From positions 196,232,001 through 196,296,000 of the forward strand of contig NC_058368.1 of assembly GCF_018350175.1 (NCBI RefSeq): a DNA stretch of 64,000 nt, read 5' to 3'. Shown piece after piece: positions 1 to 12,968 of the stretch; positions within the stretch are counted from its first letter, which is position 1, and each line of letters starts with the position of its first letter. The stretch is from Felis catus (Eukaryota). The translations under genes were made by a program, and so were the position numbers. The notes beneath the pieces were generated by a model that was not told where the DNA came from, made no database searches, and worked only from the letters and a program-made list of their open reading frames with translations.

Positions 1-1356
1 GGTGGGAGGATGCACACCATGGCTGCTGCAAGCCAGTTACCCACGGCAGCAGGCTTGGGAGAGCATCTGATGGCTCCAAGCAAAATACCTGGGGGACGAG
101 AAGGGCATACGTGTCCAGTTGCTTTCACTCATATATGACCACATGTCAGCCCACACAAACGGGTGTCGTGAGGCCACAGCAGGGGGTACCCCCCATCACC
201 TCCACGCAATTGATCCCAGGCATGGCACCCTCTCGGGGCAGGATCAAGCCTGGGGGGAGGTGGGCTTAGCCCTCTGGGGTGAGCAGCCATTTGGACAAGA
301 CCATGGAGCCCATGGACAATAAGGTCAAAGGATGCCTGATATTCACTCCACTTACCCCAAATCACCCCACCACCTCCACCATCACCTTACTCTGCTTAAG
401 GGACCAGAGCACTGGGATGGCAGTCGGGAGCATTTACAATGGAAACTTATTTCTGGAGTAGGCGACACACACACGCGTGATGTAAAACTATAAAGGTACA
501 GAAAGGATGCAGAGAAAAGTCTCCCAGCTTCCCACCCTTCTCCCCAGCTCCCCAGGAGGAAGCAAGCAATGTTATTGGAGGGTGTATACATATATGGGTT
601 TAAATAACATCGAGAGTAGCACATTATACACATTTGGTAAACTTTGCTTATTTTTTTTCCACCCTATCTTCTCTCTCCCAAATTTAGGACCTGGACTATA
701 ACGGGCAGGAGTGAATACTTGAAGAGTGGATGGGTTAGTGGATGGGGTGGTGAATAAATGAACGATGTTCATCCAGGTTGAGGCTTTTTAGACTCTCTTC
801 TGTGAGACTCACCCCTGACCTTGGGAGCTTCCCTCTTCCTTTGGCATGTCACTGAAGGTGGGTAAATTCAGGCCTTCTTGACCCTGGCACAGAGCCATCA
901 TGAGGGGGGAACCAAGTGAACCAGGCAGCTGAACAGCTTCATTGTCATTTCCACCAGCAGATGGTTACCAGGGAAACTTAAAGAATGTTAGAACTGGGAG
1001 GGGCTTTCAGGCAATGTGGAGGCCGCCTGACAGAATCTCAGACTGGGGGGTGGGCATCCCCACAAGTTCTTTAAGACTTTAATTTTTTTATGTTCACTTC
1101 GATGACAATCTAAAACAATTAAAGGCAATATTTTTGGATCCTCTGGACGTCCGCCTGATGATGGCACGGCTGTGTGACTATACCTGTGTTCGTGTTTGTA
1201 TTTATGATCACATTGGCACTGGGATAATCAATGACTCTGTGGCCTCCTGAATAAACCAAGATTTTCACAAAGGTCAAACTGAGCAGGTTCTTATATTTTG
1301 TGTCTGTAGACCCCTAAGATCCCTGGAAATATTCTTAAGGTCAGTGAGAAAAAAAA

Positions 1357-1520
1357 TTTTTTTTAATTTATTTATTTTGAGAGAGAGAGAGAAATCCCAA
1401 GCAGGCTCCGCACTGTCAGCGCAGAGCCCAGTATGGGGCTCGAACTCACAAACCATAGATCACGACCAGAGCCAAAACCAAGAGCCGGACACTTAATCAG
1501 TTGAGCCACCCAGGTGCCCC
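1357..1520 (-). mobile_element. CAN-SINE (older copy)
   Basis: Reverse-strand GGGGCACCTGGGTGGCTCA head, CT stretch, A-rich tail; degenerate TSD ggtcagtg. Confidence 0.88.
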
Positions 1521-1769
1521 ATGGTCAGTGGGACACTTTTAAGGCATGTGTCCGTTACTCAAGTATGAGAAGCCCTTGGTGAAGACAAGGGCATTCCAGG
1601 CAGGGGCTGGGAGCCTGGACTGAAGTTCTGTCTCTGTTTCTTACTGGCTGAGTCACCTGGATTCTTTAGAGTCTTCTGCTTTAATTTTTCCAATAAATTA
1701 GGGATCAAAAAGCCTTCCTTGATGGATATCATGACGGGAAAATTAGGTAGTGAATGTGAAAATGCTGTC

Positions 1770-2009
1770 TTTTTTAAAACAATTTTTAAAGATTTAAAAA
1801 AAATGTTTATTTGTGAGAGAGAGTGAGAGAGAGAAACAGAGCATGAGTGGGGGAGGGACAGAGAGAGAGAGGCAGACACAGAATCCGAAGCAGGATCCAG
1901 GCTCCAAGCTGTCAGCACAGAGCCCAATGCGGGGCTCCAACTCATGAACCGCGAAATCACGACCTGAGCCGAAGTCGGACACTTAACCGACTGAGCCACC
2001 CAGGCGCCC
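1770..2009 (-). mobile_element. CAN-SINE (SINEC_Fc-like)
   Basis: Full tRNA-derived head, (CT)n and A-tail; TSD tgaaaat(g/t)ctgtcttt on both sides. Confidence 0.92.
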
Positions 2010-3299
2010 TGAAAATTCTGTCTTTATAAGCGTGTTCAACTCTTTCATTTCATAAAGGAGGGAAACAGGCCTGGGGAAGCGAAATGATTTTTCCGACATC
2101 AGTTACTGGCGGAGCTGGGCTGGGGGCTCCGGATCCTACCCCACCGGGCACTTTCCCCCTGCCCCGGGCACCGAGGTCCATCAGCAGCAGTGGTGTGGTT
2201 TTAATTCTAGAAGAGTAATAATAACATCTCAGATGGGGCCTGTCACTATTTGGGCAAACACACTATCTTTATTTTTATTTGTTAAAGAGATTAAATTAAG
2301 GAAGCCAAACAAATAAATGAGCACATTGAACTTTCCACAGCCATACCTCTCTTCCCGGAGCAAAAACAAATTCTTTCTCAGGCAAAAGGTCAGACAGGAG
2401 GCATGTGGGGACAGAACACCCAACCAAGCACCGCAGTGCCAATGTGATTTACCATTTCGACTGGTAGACGGGCCACCGAGCCAAGCACGTGGGCTTCACT
2501 TCAGCACCCACACTTCTGGACGATGTGCTTGCAGGGTTGGGGTCACCCAGCGTGGGCTGAGAGGTTCAGAAAGCAAGGACGATTTGTGGTCAGAGCTGTT
2601 TCTCCCAAGCTGAGTCTGCCCCTCGTACGTAGTAGGTGCTTGTGAGCAGAGTCACGTTCTTTGTGTTTAAAGATTTGGAGGGGCCCCTCAGAGATGCATC
2701 TAACAAGTCCAGGTTCAAAATCAGGAGATCGGGAAGCAAGGGAACTCAGGGCAGAAATAGCCTTTGGGCCTGGATTTCAGAGACCAGGCAGGGGTAAGGC
2801 CAGCGCAGAGGCTGAGGGGCAGACACAGCAGGCTGATTGACTTGCAGTTATCGGTCTCTGTTGGCTGGGCATCTTTCACATGCCAGGCTCTGTGCTAGAT
2901 GCTGGGGATCCTGAGCAGAGAAAGTCTTGCACCCCAGAAACCCCCAGTCTGTGGCAGTGAGCCCACAGCGCTGAAGAAGAATCTGGGCTTTGCAATCAGC
3001 GCTACCATGTGTGACTTTGGGCAAACCACCTTAATTCTTGGCATTTCAGCTTCCTTCCCTGCAAAATGGGACGAAGATTAGTACCTGCCTCCTTGGCTGG
3101 AAAATAAGAGACAACCCTAAGGAATGTCACTCTTGGCACAGAAAGGAGGGCTTAGGACCTGCTGCTATCCAGCATGACATCTGACGGGGCTTGGGCCCTG
3201 CCGGGAGACAGGCTCATCTCTGAGCCCCCGGACAGCTTCTCTGACCCAACAGAAGGAGGTAGGTCAGACGGGCATCTTCCGTCCACGCACACTGGGTTA

Positions 3300-3915
3300 T
3301 TTATAGTTGATTTGTTATTGTGGTTATTGCAGTTGGTGTTGTTTCTACTCAGAATATAAATGCTGTGAATAAACTTGTGCATTTTTCTTGGTGAATGTGA
3401 ACCAGAGTTTCTCTGGGGTATGTATAATAATAACAAACAGCCGGAAAGGTAAGGGCATGGAGTGATCAGAATGAATGTTATGGAGCCGGGGGTATTCCCA
3501 GAGGCCAGGTGTTAACCTTATAGTTCCCGGATCATGAGAATGTTGGGAGGGTCCCCAGGAGAGGGGCTGGGGCAGCCAGCTCATGGGGGCACGGGTGGGG
3601 GTGGGGGGCCATACAGTGAAGGAGCTGGGTGGAGAGACTTGGGACAGCAGCTGTTTTCCAACTGACCTGAAATTATTTCAAAATTTTAATAACCAGTGTG
3701 GTCCAAATGGTAAGCACTCATGCATATATACCTGGAAACATATAGGTCTAGGAGTGGAATTGCTACATTGTAGAGAAAGTGAATGATCAACTTTATAAAA
3801 ATAACAGCAGATGGTTTTCTGAATATCTCGTGGGTGTAAAATGGCATCTCATAATGGACTTAATTTGTATTTCTCTGAACCCGAATGAGGTTGAGCCTCT
3901 TTTCATATGTTGTTT
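3300..3915 (-). mobile_element. Old L1M fragments (interrupted)
   Basis: aatgctgtgaataaacttgtgc, ctaggagtggaattgct, gggtgtaaaatggcatctcat...ttaatttgtatttctctga...gaggttgagc. Confidence 0.55.
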
Positions 3916-4829
3916 GGGCTCAGAACTATTTGCTTAAAGGGCCCGGGCCTCTAACAGCCAAAGAACATTCTGCTAGCTACCGGCCTTGAACAACAGCCAG
4001 GGAACCCAATAGTGCTGGGTGGGAAGCCAGGAGACCCGGGTTCCAGCCTCAGCATGGCGACATCCTCACTCTGTGTCCTTAGGCAAGGCATTTGCCTCTT
4101 CTGAGCCTCAAATTTACCATCGGCTAGGTTAGGGAGAATCTTCCTCTGCTCACAGGGAGGGCAGCTAGAAGATCAAATGAGCTCACGGAAGTCAATGTGC
4201 TTTGGGGACTGAAAACTCCTACACCGGGCAGAGATTAGTACTCACTCTTTGAAGACAATTTGAGAAGGCTTTGAAGTCCAGGGGACCAGGAACAACCGAC
4301 AGACCTCCTGGAAGCAGAAAGCACCAGCTCCAAGGCCTGAATGAATACCTCCTTCCTCCCTAAACTGTTCCAGGCCCCTGTCAACCCCCACCAGGCAGAG
4401 AAGGAACAAAATCCCTTAACTCGTGGCACAAACATGCCTTAGCACCCTCGAGGGGTTTCGGGGCCCAAAAAGCATGCCTGGGCTGCTCTAATGTGAAGAC
4501 AACTAACCCTTTGGTGCCTGGTGTTTCCGTCGGAGGCCAGCCATTGTAGGTTCTAGGGCCAGTGGGTGGCCACAGGCTCAGCTGCCCTGGCCAATAAATA
4601 GAGGTGCAGCCATGTGACAGTGCCTAACCCGTAGGTTCCTGGGTTTTTCCTCTGTTCCTTCGGGCCTTCCATGCCTTGCCTGTTTATAGCAGGGGGGTTA
4701 GTCTAGACGGGCATTTCTCAAAGCGTGTGCGGTGGAGCGATAACTATCATGGGTGGTAGTGGATGGGATGGCAGGGATGGGTGGGAGATTCTGCTTTGAA
4801 TCAAAATGTTGAAAGTTAAGTTATTTTTG

Positions 4830-5035
4830 CAGCTAACATTTACTGAATATGTCAAGCACTCGGTTAGGCATTTTATAAGCATTAGCTCATTGACTTCTTA
4901 CAACAAGATTACAAGGCAGGCACGATGCTTGGCTCCATTTTACAGGTGAAGAAACTGAGGTTTTGTAAGGTTAAGTGACTTACCATGGTCTCTCAGCTGG
5001 TAAGCGGCGGAACCGTGATTCAAACCGACATTTCC
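4830..5035 (-). mobile_element. MIR
   Basis: Core ccattttacaggtgaagaaactgagg...ggttaagtgactt. Confidence 0.75.
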
Positions 5036-5096
5036 GGATCTCCTGCTCTTTTTTTAAGAGTTTGTAAAGTTTTGCTATCATGATTTATTTCATATT

Positions 5097-5302
5097 CTTT
5101 TTTTTTAAATGTTTCTTTATTTATTATTGAGAGAGAGGACAAGCAGGGGAGGAGCAGAGAGAGGGAGACACGGAATCTGAAGCAGGCTCCAGGCTCTGAG
5201 CTGTCAGCACAGAGGCCAATGTGGGCCTCAAACTTACAAACCGTGAGATCATGACCTGACCCAGAGTAGGATGCTTAACCGACTGAGCCACCCAGGGGCC
5301 CC
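5097..5302 (-). mobile_element. CAN-SINE inserted at the end of a MIR
   Basis: Typical SINEC sequence; flanking repeat gatctcctg(c/t)tctt at about 5037 and 5308. Confidence 0.88.
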
Positions 5303-8300
5303 ACCAGATCTCCTGTTCTTAGCCAGTTTGAATTAACAGGACTTGGTGACTGATGTGGAGAAGGGGAAGAAAGAATTCATATGCCCTTTCTCTGATTTAG
5401 TTCAATGTCTTGTGGTATCCTCGTGGCTGGTAGAGAAATGCAATGAAAAAAAAAAAAAAAAAAAAGGCCTCACTTGCCCCTCCTAGAACTTCAGATGAGG
5501 GAGTAAATTCAGCAGAGCGTGAAAATACTCTGAGGTGGGTATGGGGAGGCAAGGCTTACTGGTTTCTTTTAGGCCAAGATGTAAGGGACCATTAAACATG
5601 GGAAGAGGGCAGGAAAAAGGAACCCCAGGCAGATGGAATGGCATGTGCCAAGGCCAGGAGCTAAGGGAGAGCACGCAGTCATAGACACAGTGGGTTGAAG
5701 GGCTGGGGGTGCAGGGGAGGAGGCCTGGATGTCAGCAGGGGGCAGTCACCCAAGGACTTGACTTTGTTGGCTTCTAGAATGAGGCTGGGTCAAAGGAGGG
5801 GTGAGAATGCCGAGGAGGCAGTACCTGGGGAAGAATGGGGCTGTTGGCTGACACTGGGAACCAGGGCGGGGGGAGGAGTGAGGGAGGGGGCAGAAAGGAC
5901 GGTGATAATGAGCTTAGCTTTGGCCTGCCCAGTGTCGAGGGGGGTCACCGCTAAGGTCTCTTCCTACGCTGACCTTCTGAACTTCCCTGGAAGAAACATC
6001 TCTCTGCGGCCCCTCCACCCCCAAATATTCCCGGCAGGAAGGAGCAGAATCTGTTTTGTCAACGCAGCTTGCAAATAAAGAGTCTCATTCAGGGAGGCAA
6101 ACATCTGCTTGACTATTAATAGGCAGGGGCCTCAGCCACAGCCTGCTGGGAGGGCCTCGGCTTGTAGTTCTGGAAAGGTGAATCAGTTCCTTCTGCCTGT
6201 CTGGATTTTGCACCCTGTGGGGGGACAATTGGCCAGGTGCTTATTTCTCAGAAGGTCGGTCACCCCGAGCCTTGCTGGGGCAGCTCGGGAAGTGGCATGA
6301 CCCTGCTGGGATGCCGCCCCTGCCCCTTCATGCTGGACCCAGCCGGAGGGAGAGGGAGTGCAGAGGACCCAGAGCTGGCCAGAGAGGCAGACATTCATGT
6401 GGGTGGGGGATGGTCCGGTTGGGGTCTCCACAGCAGCTCTCACGGAAGATCAGGCCCTCGCCCTTAAGGGCGTCATGGAGAGATGGGAGTTGGTCAGTCT
6501 AGACACAGGAGGACTGATGACAGGAAATGGGGGATACAGAGAGTGGAGGTTTGAGTCTGGGGTCAGGGAGAACCCATGCACGGTCCTGAGCCAGACCGGG
6601 GAAGCCTGAAGTCCAAACCCGAGAGGGGAGGCCTAAGGAAGGCCACAGGCTCCTGGCTGTCGCCATGATGGCACATGACCTCATTTGTGGCCAGGCAGGT
6701 CACCCATCTGAACAAGCCTGTGGAGAGGGTAGCTGGGATGGAGCTAATGGAAACCCGACGGGTGCCCTGGGCCACACGGAGGCCAAGTCTTATAGCGTTA
6801 GCAGCCCCGTGTGGCGCCTGCCCAAGAGGGTGTGGGCCTCACAGTCTGGCTTTGTTCCCGCCCCCTCAGGTGGCTGCTTCAGGTGGTGGCCACTTCAAAG
6901 AAGCCCCATTTAAAGCAGGGCTTTGCCTCAAGTTTCCTAAGGGCCCTGTCCGGGCTAATGAGATCATTAAGAGGCTCCTTGTTAAACGGGTTTAAATAGA
7001 GTTTGCCTGCACGGCCTCTGGCTGAGCCCTGTGCCCAGGGTGCAGGGTTGTTTTTTTTTTGTTTTTAGTTTTAATGTATGTGTATTTGTGTCTGTGTATG
7101 TAAAGTGCTCGAGTGTGTAGGCTCTGGCTTCATGCTGCCGGGATGGAATCCTGCCCCTGCCGCTTTTTGGTAGTATGACCTCAGGCCAGTTACCTGCCGC
7201 TCCTCAGTGCCTCAGTTTCCCTACCCGTAAAAGGGAACTAATCATTGTACTGCTGAATTGTACTGTGGAACCCTCCGTTGCCCTCAAAAGAGCTCCCAAG
7301 TTTCGTGGCGTGGTCAACCTTCCGTGGCTTGCCCTTGGCCTCGTTCCTTGCCACACCTATCTCTTACACTTGCTGCTTCGACCATACAGACCAGTCCTCT
7401 TGATCCAGCCTCCACATGAGCTGTTTTTCATCTTTTAATGCTCTTTCCCTTCACCTTCTCTGCCTAGCCTTCGTTCTCTGGTAGGTCTCACTGAAGTCCT
7501 GTCCCCTGGGAGGCGTTGCTGATGGCTCACTCGTGCTCTGGACGGTGCCCACTGCGCTGTGCTGAAATGCCCCGCCAACACATCGGCTTTCTTGGCTAGA
7601 CCGTAAGCTCCGTGAGGGCAGGGATTCAGCCCCGATCCCCACTGTGTCCCCACGGCCTAGCACTGCTCACTATAGTTTTGTAAGAAGCCCCTGTCACTTG
7701 CAGTTTATTTGAAGGTTGAGGCTGCCTCCAGGTCTCCTGTCATTGGCTGTTTCTTGAAGGTTCCCTCTGCTCCTCCTCTCTGGCCTCGACTCAGAACCCC
7801 ACTACAGCGAAGCCTGTACCAGGAAGGAAGCAGAGGGAGGCCCAGACCCAGGTGTCTGGGCCAACCCCAGCTGGAAGCGGGCTGTCATTCCTTCTTCCAC
7901 GAACTCCAGCCTCTTGACGTAAGCCTATCCCGGCCCAGCTAGGTCTTGGCCTGAGGATAGTGTGCAGATTTGCAGAGCAGTCCAAGCTGTTGTGATTTCA
8001 TCCCGCAGAACCCACGACACTGTTGTCCGCTCAGTGTCTGGATTGACTGATTGGTGTGGCCCCGATGGTCAGGACGGTAGGGAGGCCCTCGGGGTGGCGC
8101 CCGGCTCCGAGCGGGAGGTCTACAGGCTGTCTGGCCCGTGAAGCAGGAGCTGGGGGCAGGGTCTTTCCTGAGGGGAGAAGAGTGATTTTCAAGTCAAAGG
8201 GGGTGAGGGAAGGGTAGACAAATGGGAGGCAGAATAGGAAAAGTAAAATTGGGGTGGGACAATCAAGAGAGAACAGAGAACCGCTGTCAGCTGGGAGAAG

Positions 8301-8594
8301 TGAGCAGAGGCTGGCAGCCAGGACCAAGTGTGTGAACACAGTGAATCCGCGTTGACGTGTGCTGTTGGAGAGAGCCCGGGGCGGGGGGGGGGGTTGTTTA
8401 CAGGGGCCACTCAGGCTGCACACCCATCTTCCCACTGGACTAGGAGCTCCTCAAGGAGAGGGGCCATGTACACTTCACATCTGGGTCTCCTGGTCTGCAG
8501 GACGAATTCCAAATCCTTCCATGTAGTCAGCATTTAACAGAAGAGTTCTCTCCCCTGGGTGCTTAAAATGGATGATACTCCTCCCCCTCCTAAT

Positions 8595-8920
8595 AAAAAT
8601 AGATGGTATTTGTTGAGTTCTTACCATGTACCAGGCACTGTGCTGACGACTTCACATCCATTATCTCTGAGATTGTCAGGAACCGGGCCTGTTTTAGCTC
8701 ACCAATGCATCCCCGGGGCCTACCACAAGCCTGACACAGAGTTGATGCTAAATACATATTTGTTGAATGAACAAATAATCCTGCCTCCAGTTCGTATTTT
8801 ACAGGTAAGGAGCTGAGTCTCAAAGAGGCTAAGTAACAGGTTATTCAGCTAGTGAGGTGGGGAAGTCAGGATTTGAACCCAGGTCTGTCTGACTCTGAAG
8901 CTTATGGGCTTAGCCATGCC
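8595..8920 (-). mobile_element. MIR with an embedded L2 3' fragment
   Basis: atttgttgag...taccatgtaccaggcactgtgct; L2 end taaatacatatttgttgaatgaa; ttttacaggtaaggagctgag...aggatttgaacccaggtctgtctgact. Confidence 0.7.
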
Positions 8921-8939
8921 ATTACCTTGAAGGGAACTA

Positions 8940-9092
8940 TAAAAGTATGGCCCAAGAACCAGTGTCATCAGCATGATCTGGGAGCTTGCTGGAAATGCAG
9001 ATCTCCCCGTGTACCCCAGACCTATTGAATCAGAATTTGCATTGTAACAAGACGCCTAGGCGACGCAGATATGCATCAAAGTGTGAGCAGTC
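8940..9092 (+). mobile_element. MER5A-like hAT DNA transposon
   Basis: catcagcatgatctgggagcttgctggaaatgcaga...ccccagacctattgaatcagaatttgcattgtaacaag. Confidence 0.7.
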
Positions 9093-10663
9093 TGTTTTCA
9101 GTGATCTGTACTTCCTCCCTCCTCCCCAGCTGGTCCACCCCCAACCTCACTCAGGGGTCTAAGCCCTTGGCTGCCAGGCAGCCTCAATCAAACTGCACTT
9201 GGCCATTAGGTCCTTTGTCCTTTGCCATGAGACTGCTGGGTGTAATTGTTAGTGCTGGTGGCTGTGGCTGTGTCTTTCAAAATTAGTTCCACTTAAGGAT
9301 CAAAAGCATATTTCACCTTTCAAAGCTTGCTTGTCCATCAGGTTTCTAGCACCCCAAGGAACATGTTTCTGGGAACGGAGGCAGTTTTCTAGCTCGTGGT
9401 CTTGCTTGTGAACAGGACCGTTTTAGATGGGGTCTCGTCCCAACAGGGACCCTTCCTGATTCTCTGCCCTTCTCCACCCAATCACAGAGGTTGTGGATTC
9501 TCAGCCAGTCTCTGTTTATTATGAACAGACAATGTAGTCCAGTAATTGCATTCATAAACAATTCCCCAATGATTTAAGAAGCTCTGCTTGTTTACGTTTT
9601 GAAGCTTATGAGTTTGGTCTTTTAAAACAGCTTAAAGAATTGCTTTGTCTAGCAGAAGGAACAGACAGGATGGCTCACAGTTTATGTTACCTAAGCTTCC
9701 CCCTCCCCTCTTTTCTCCCTGATCAGCACCCTTGCCCCTAGGTCCCTAGGCTATGGACCTATATATCCCTAGCCTCTCCTAATAATTCATGCGATGCTTT
9801 TGTTCAAGAATTCAAGCTAGGCATTTGCTCCAGACTTGCTGGACTTCTGTTTATGGCTTTATCTAAATCAAGGGTTCTTGACCTGAGGTTTGTGAGATGA
9901 GCCAGAGATCTGTGATCACCAAGTAATTGCCATGAAATTTAGCACATGAGGGTATCTTTACTGGGGAGAGTTGGTAGTTTTCTCGGATCCTCAGTGGGGT
10001 GTGACCTCTGAAAAAAATCACTGGTCTTGATGCCTCTGAACTTTCAGGACCCACATCTGTTTCTTGCCTTGTAGTTCCAGTTACTTGGATTCTATTTTAT
10101 TTGCAAAACTGTAAGCTCCCTGTGAGTCAGGACTGGAGCCAGTGCCATTTCCGTTGGAGGTTCTACCTTTCAGAGTTTGAGACACTTTTGTGAAGGAATT
10201 CGCCATCTCACTCCAACACACATAAAAGGACTTATGATTGCACGTATTTAGTTTACAGATGATGCCTGATGCATGGACAACTTCCCAGATCTTTGAGAAA
10301 ATCTCTGCCCCTCCTCTGCAGAGGAACGTGCAGCTTGCTCACAGATAATAAGAAAGGAAAAGAGCCTTAGATGTTATCAAGACCAGTTCCCCTACTCTAC
10401 AGATGAGGATACTAGGCTACTAAGAAGAAAGTGACTTGCCTAAAGTCATACAAACAGTGTCTGTCTGAGCTGGGGTGAGGAACCAAATGTTCTGGCTCTC
10501 CAGATTCCATGCCTGTCCTCCCAACCCTCTCTGTAGCCTCAACAGCACAGATGTTCTCAAGAAATGTTTTTGAAATAAATGAATGAATATTGGGTGGGGA
10601 AAGGATGCCTGTGGATTTAAAGTTTTCTTTAGTTAAAATAAGTTAATAAAGTCTTATTTGTTC

Positions 10664-10716
<53 letters not shown>
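10664..10716. repeat. Compound (TC)n(CA)n microsatellite
   Basis: Directly visible. Confidence 0.95.
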
Positions 10717-10718
<2 letters not shown>

Positions 10719-12606
10719 CTGGAACGCACTGATGCGGCTCTTTGAGCCTGGAGGGAAAGACAAAGGTGGGGGGAGGGGGCTTCTCTCTTTGGAGCTTAAG
10801 GTTAAGGAGCCCTAACTTGACTGCATTGGACTCCAACCTCAGCTTCTACTAATAATACTTGCCATACCGCTTCTCAAACATGCATGCATTCATCTGCTGA
10901 TTACTTATTGAACAGCTTTGGTGTTGAACGCTGTGCCGGGCTGAGGACGGGAGGGTCAGTAAACACAGGCCCAACCCTCTCCTCCGGTTGCCTACAGTCT
11001 CTGCGGTGGTGGCTACAAACCTTCATGGGCCGTACAGCCAACTGTCCCCACTCTCCTGACTGCAAGTCTGACAGGTCTTCAATGAGCCAAGGGAGTCCAA
11101 GTAGTCAGGATCATGTCCTTCTTGTGGTGGACACTACAGTATCTGCCATTTGCAATGTCAGGACCGGAAGGAACCGAGAGGACCCTCAGTTCAATGCTTT
11201 ATTGCAAAACTGAGGCCCAGAGCAGCCATGGGACTTACCCAGAGTAATAAGAGAACCAGGGGTCCAGCCAGGGCCATCAGCTGGGTCTCAGAGGTTGGTC
11301 CCGGGGGCTGGATCAAACAAGGCAGAGAGAAGAGGGCATCCCGGTGAAGGCAAGAGCGAGGGCAAAGGCCGAGAGGTGAGAATGTGCACAGGATGAAGGG
11401 AGCAGAGAGGAAGATACTTTTGGCTTTTCATAAATTGTGCTAGAGTCAGACAGAGGCTGCCTTGGATGTAGGGCCCAGTCACTATCACGGAGAATTGTCA
11501 TGTGGCCAGCTCCAGAAACTGAATTCAGTCTAGTGAGTGACGTTGCCCTTAGGCACCAGAGAGCCTAGAAGGCGGGAGATAGGACTGTCATCAAATTTAT
11601 GAAGTACCACTGTGTACCAAAACATTTACATGTATTGACCCTCTCAGTGAGAAAATTACTGCCCACCCTACCCTTCCTTGAACAACCGTGAGGCTCAAAT
11701 AATGATTATTGTTGCTCTAACGATAATAGCAGCAGCCATTGACTTGAGCGTGAACAGATGCTTAAGATAGAATGTGATCCAATAAGTGATTGGTTGTGAC
11801 AGTCAGAGCCAGTGTATCCATCCCAATTTTACAGTGAGGAAGTGGCTCCACAGAGGAAAAGGGATTTGTTTAAGGTCCCACATTGGGCCAGCAGCGGCGA
11901 GGCGGGGGGAGGGGGGCACCAGGGCTGGGGTCTTCCTGCCCACAGGTCAGTGCCCATCCTGAGGCCACCCTAGCTCTGCGGCCAGCTCTTCTCCATGCCA
12001 GAAGGTGAGCATAGCCTTGAACCCACGGGGGGTGTGTGCTGGGAAACATCAGAATCTTCCCACAGCCCCCACCCTCCCTAACTCTGGGGGTGTGGCATGG
12101 CCTGGGCAGTGTGTGCACTCTCTGTCCTACAAGCGAAGGTGTCGTCCTCAGGCCCAGCTGTCACTAGACCTATGCCGAGTCCCGGCATAGGTGGCTCTGG
12201 TAGGTGATAGCCTTCCAGGCTTTCTCTAGCTTCTTTGTTGACAGAGGGAGATGAGCAGAGGGAGTCTGAGGGCCCAGTTTTGCAATAATGCAAAGAAGCC
12301 TTGGCTGAGAGCTCAGAAGAGAAGAAACCGACTGGATGAAGTGTGGACAATTGCCCCCTGGACAATGTGTGTGTGGCCTGGGAGGCAAGAATCCCAGGTT
12401 CCTTTATCCCACGTGGGGTAGAGCGAGGTGACGTGCAGGGTGAAGGGATACGCTTGACGATGAATGTGGGTGGTGTCCAGAGACAACAGTGAACACAGAA
12501 TCACTTACGGAGAAGGAAATGAAAAGTTCAGTGATATTTTCAGTTCTTCTCATTATACTGTTTTAATTTGATGCTAACATGTCTTTACTACCTCTCCAAG
12601 CCTTGC

Positions 12607-12608
<2 letters not shown>

Positions 12609-12649
<41 letters not shown>

Positions 12650-12655
12650 TGTGTG
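12609..12655. repeat. (GT)n microsatellite
   Basis: Directly visible. Confidence 0.95.
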
Positions 12656-12721
12656 CTAAAAAAAAATTTTTTTTTTAAGAGCAGGCCCTGGGCTCTGAGC
12701 CTTTGGCAGGGCAACAGTATC

Positions 12722-12968
12722 TAGTTAGAATTTAATAACATTGTTTTTATTGTATTTATTTTTACTTTTAGGTCCTATTTATGGCAGGTGAGACTGGTTT
12801 TCCATTTGCAGTAGTGATATAAAGTTTCCATTTTAAAGACATTTATTTAAGTGAAAAAGAGTCTATTTAAAGAAAAATACTAAATGAACAATAATACAGG
12901 TGGTGTGTGCAGACATAGCCGCGGCGGTAAAGGTGGTTCTCGTACGACAGAAATTTGGGAAACATTGA
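12722..12968. mobile_element. hAT-Charlie-like DNA transposon remnant
   Basis: AT-rich body ending gaaatttgggaaacattg; a related remnant is at about 24025-24150. Family assignment uncertain. Confidence 0.35.

Noticed and set aside
1156..1250. C/D-box snoRNA-like TGATGA...CTGA spacing
   Set aside because: No terminal stem, imperfect C box, no host intron evident, no recognisable guide sequence.
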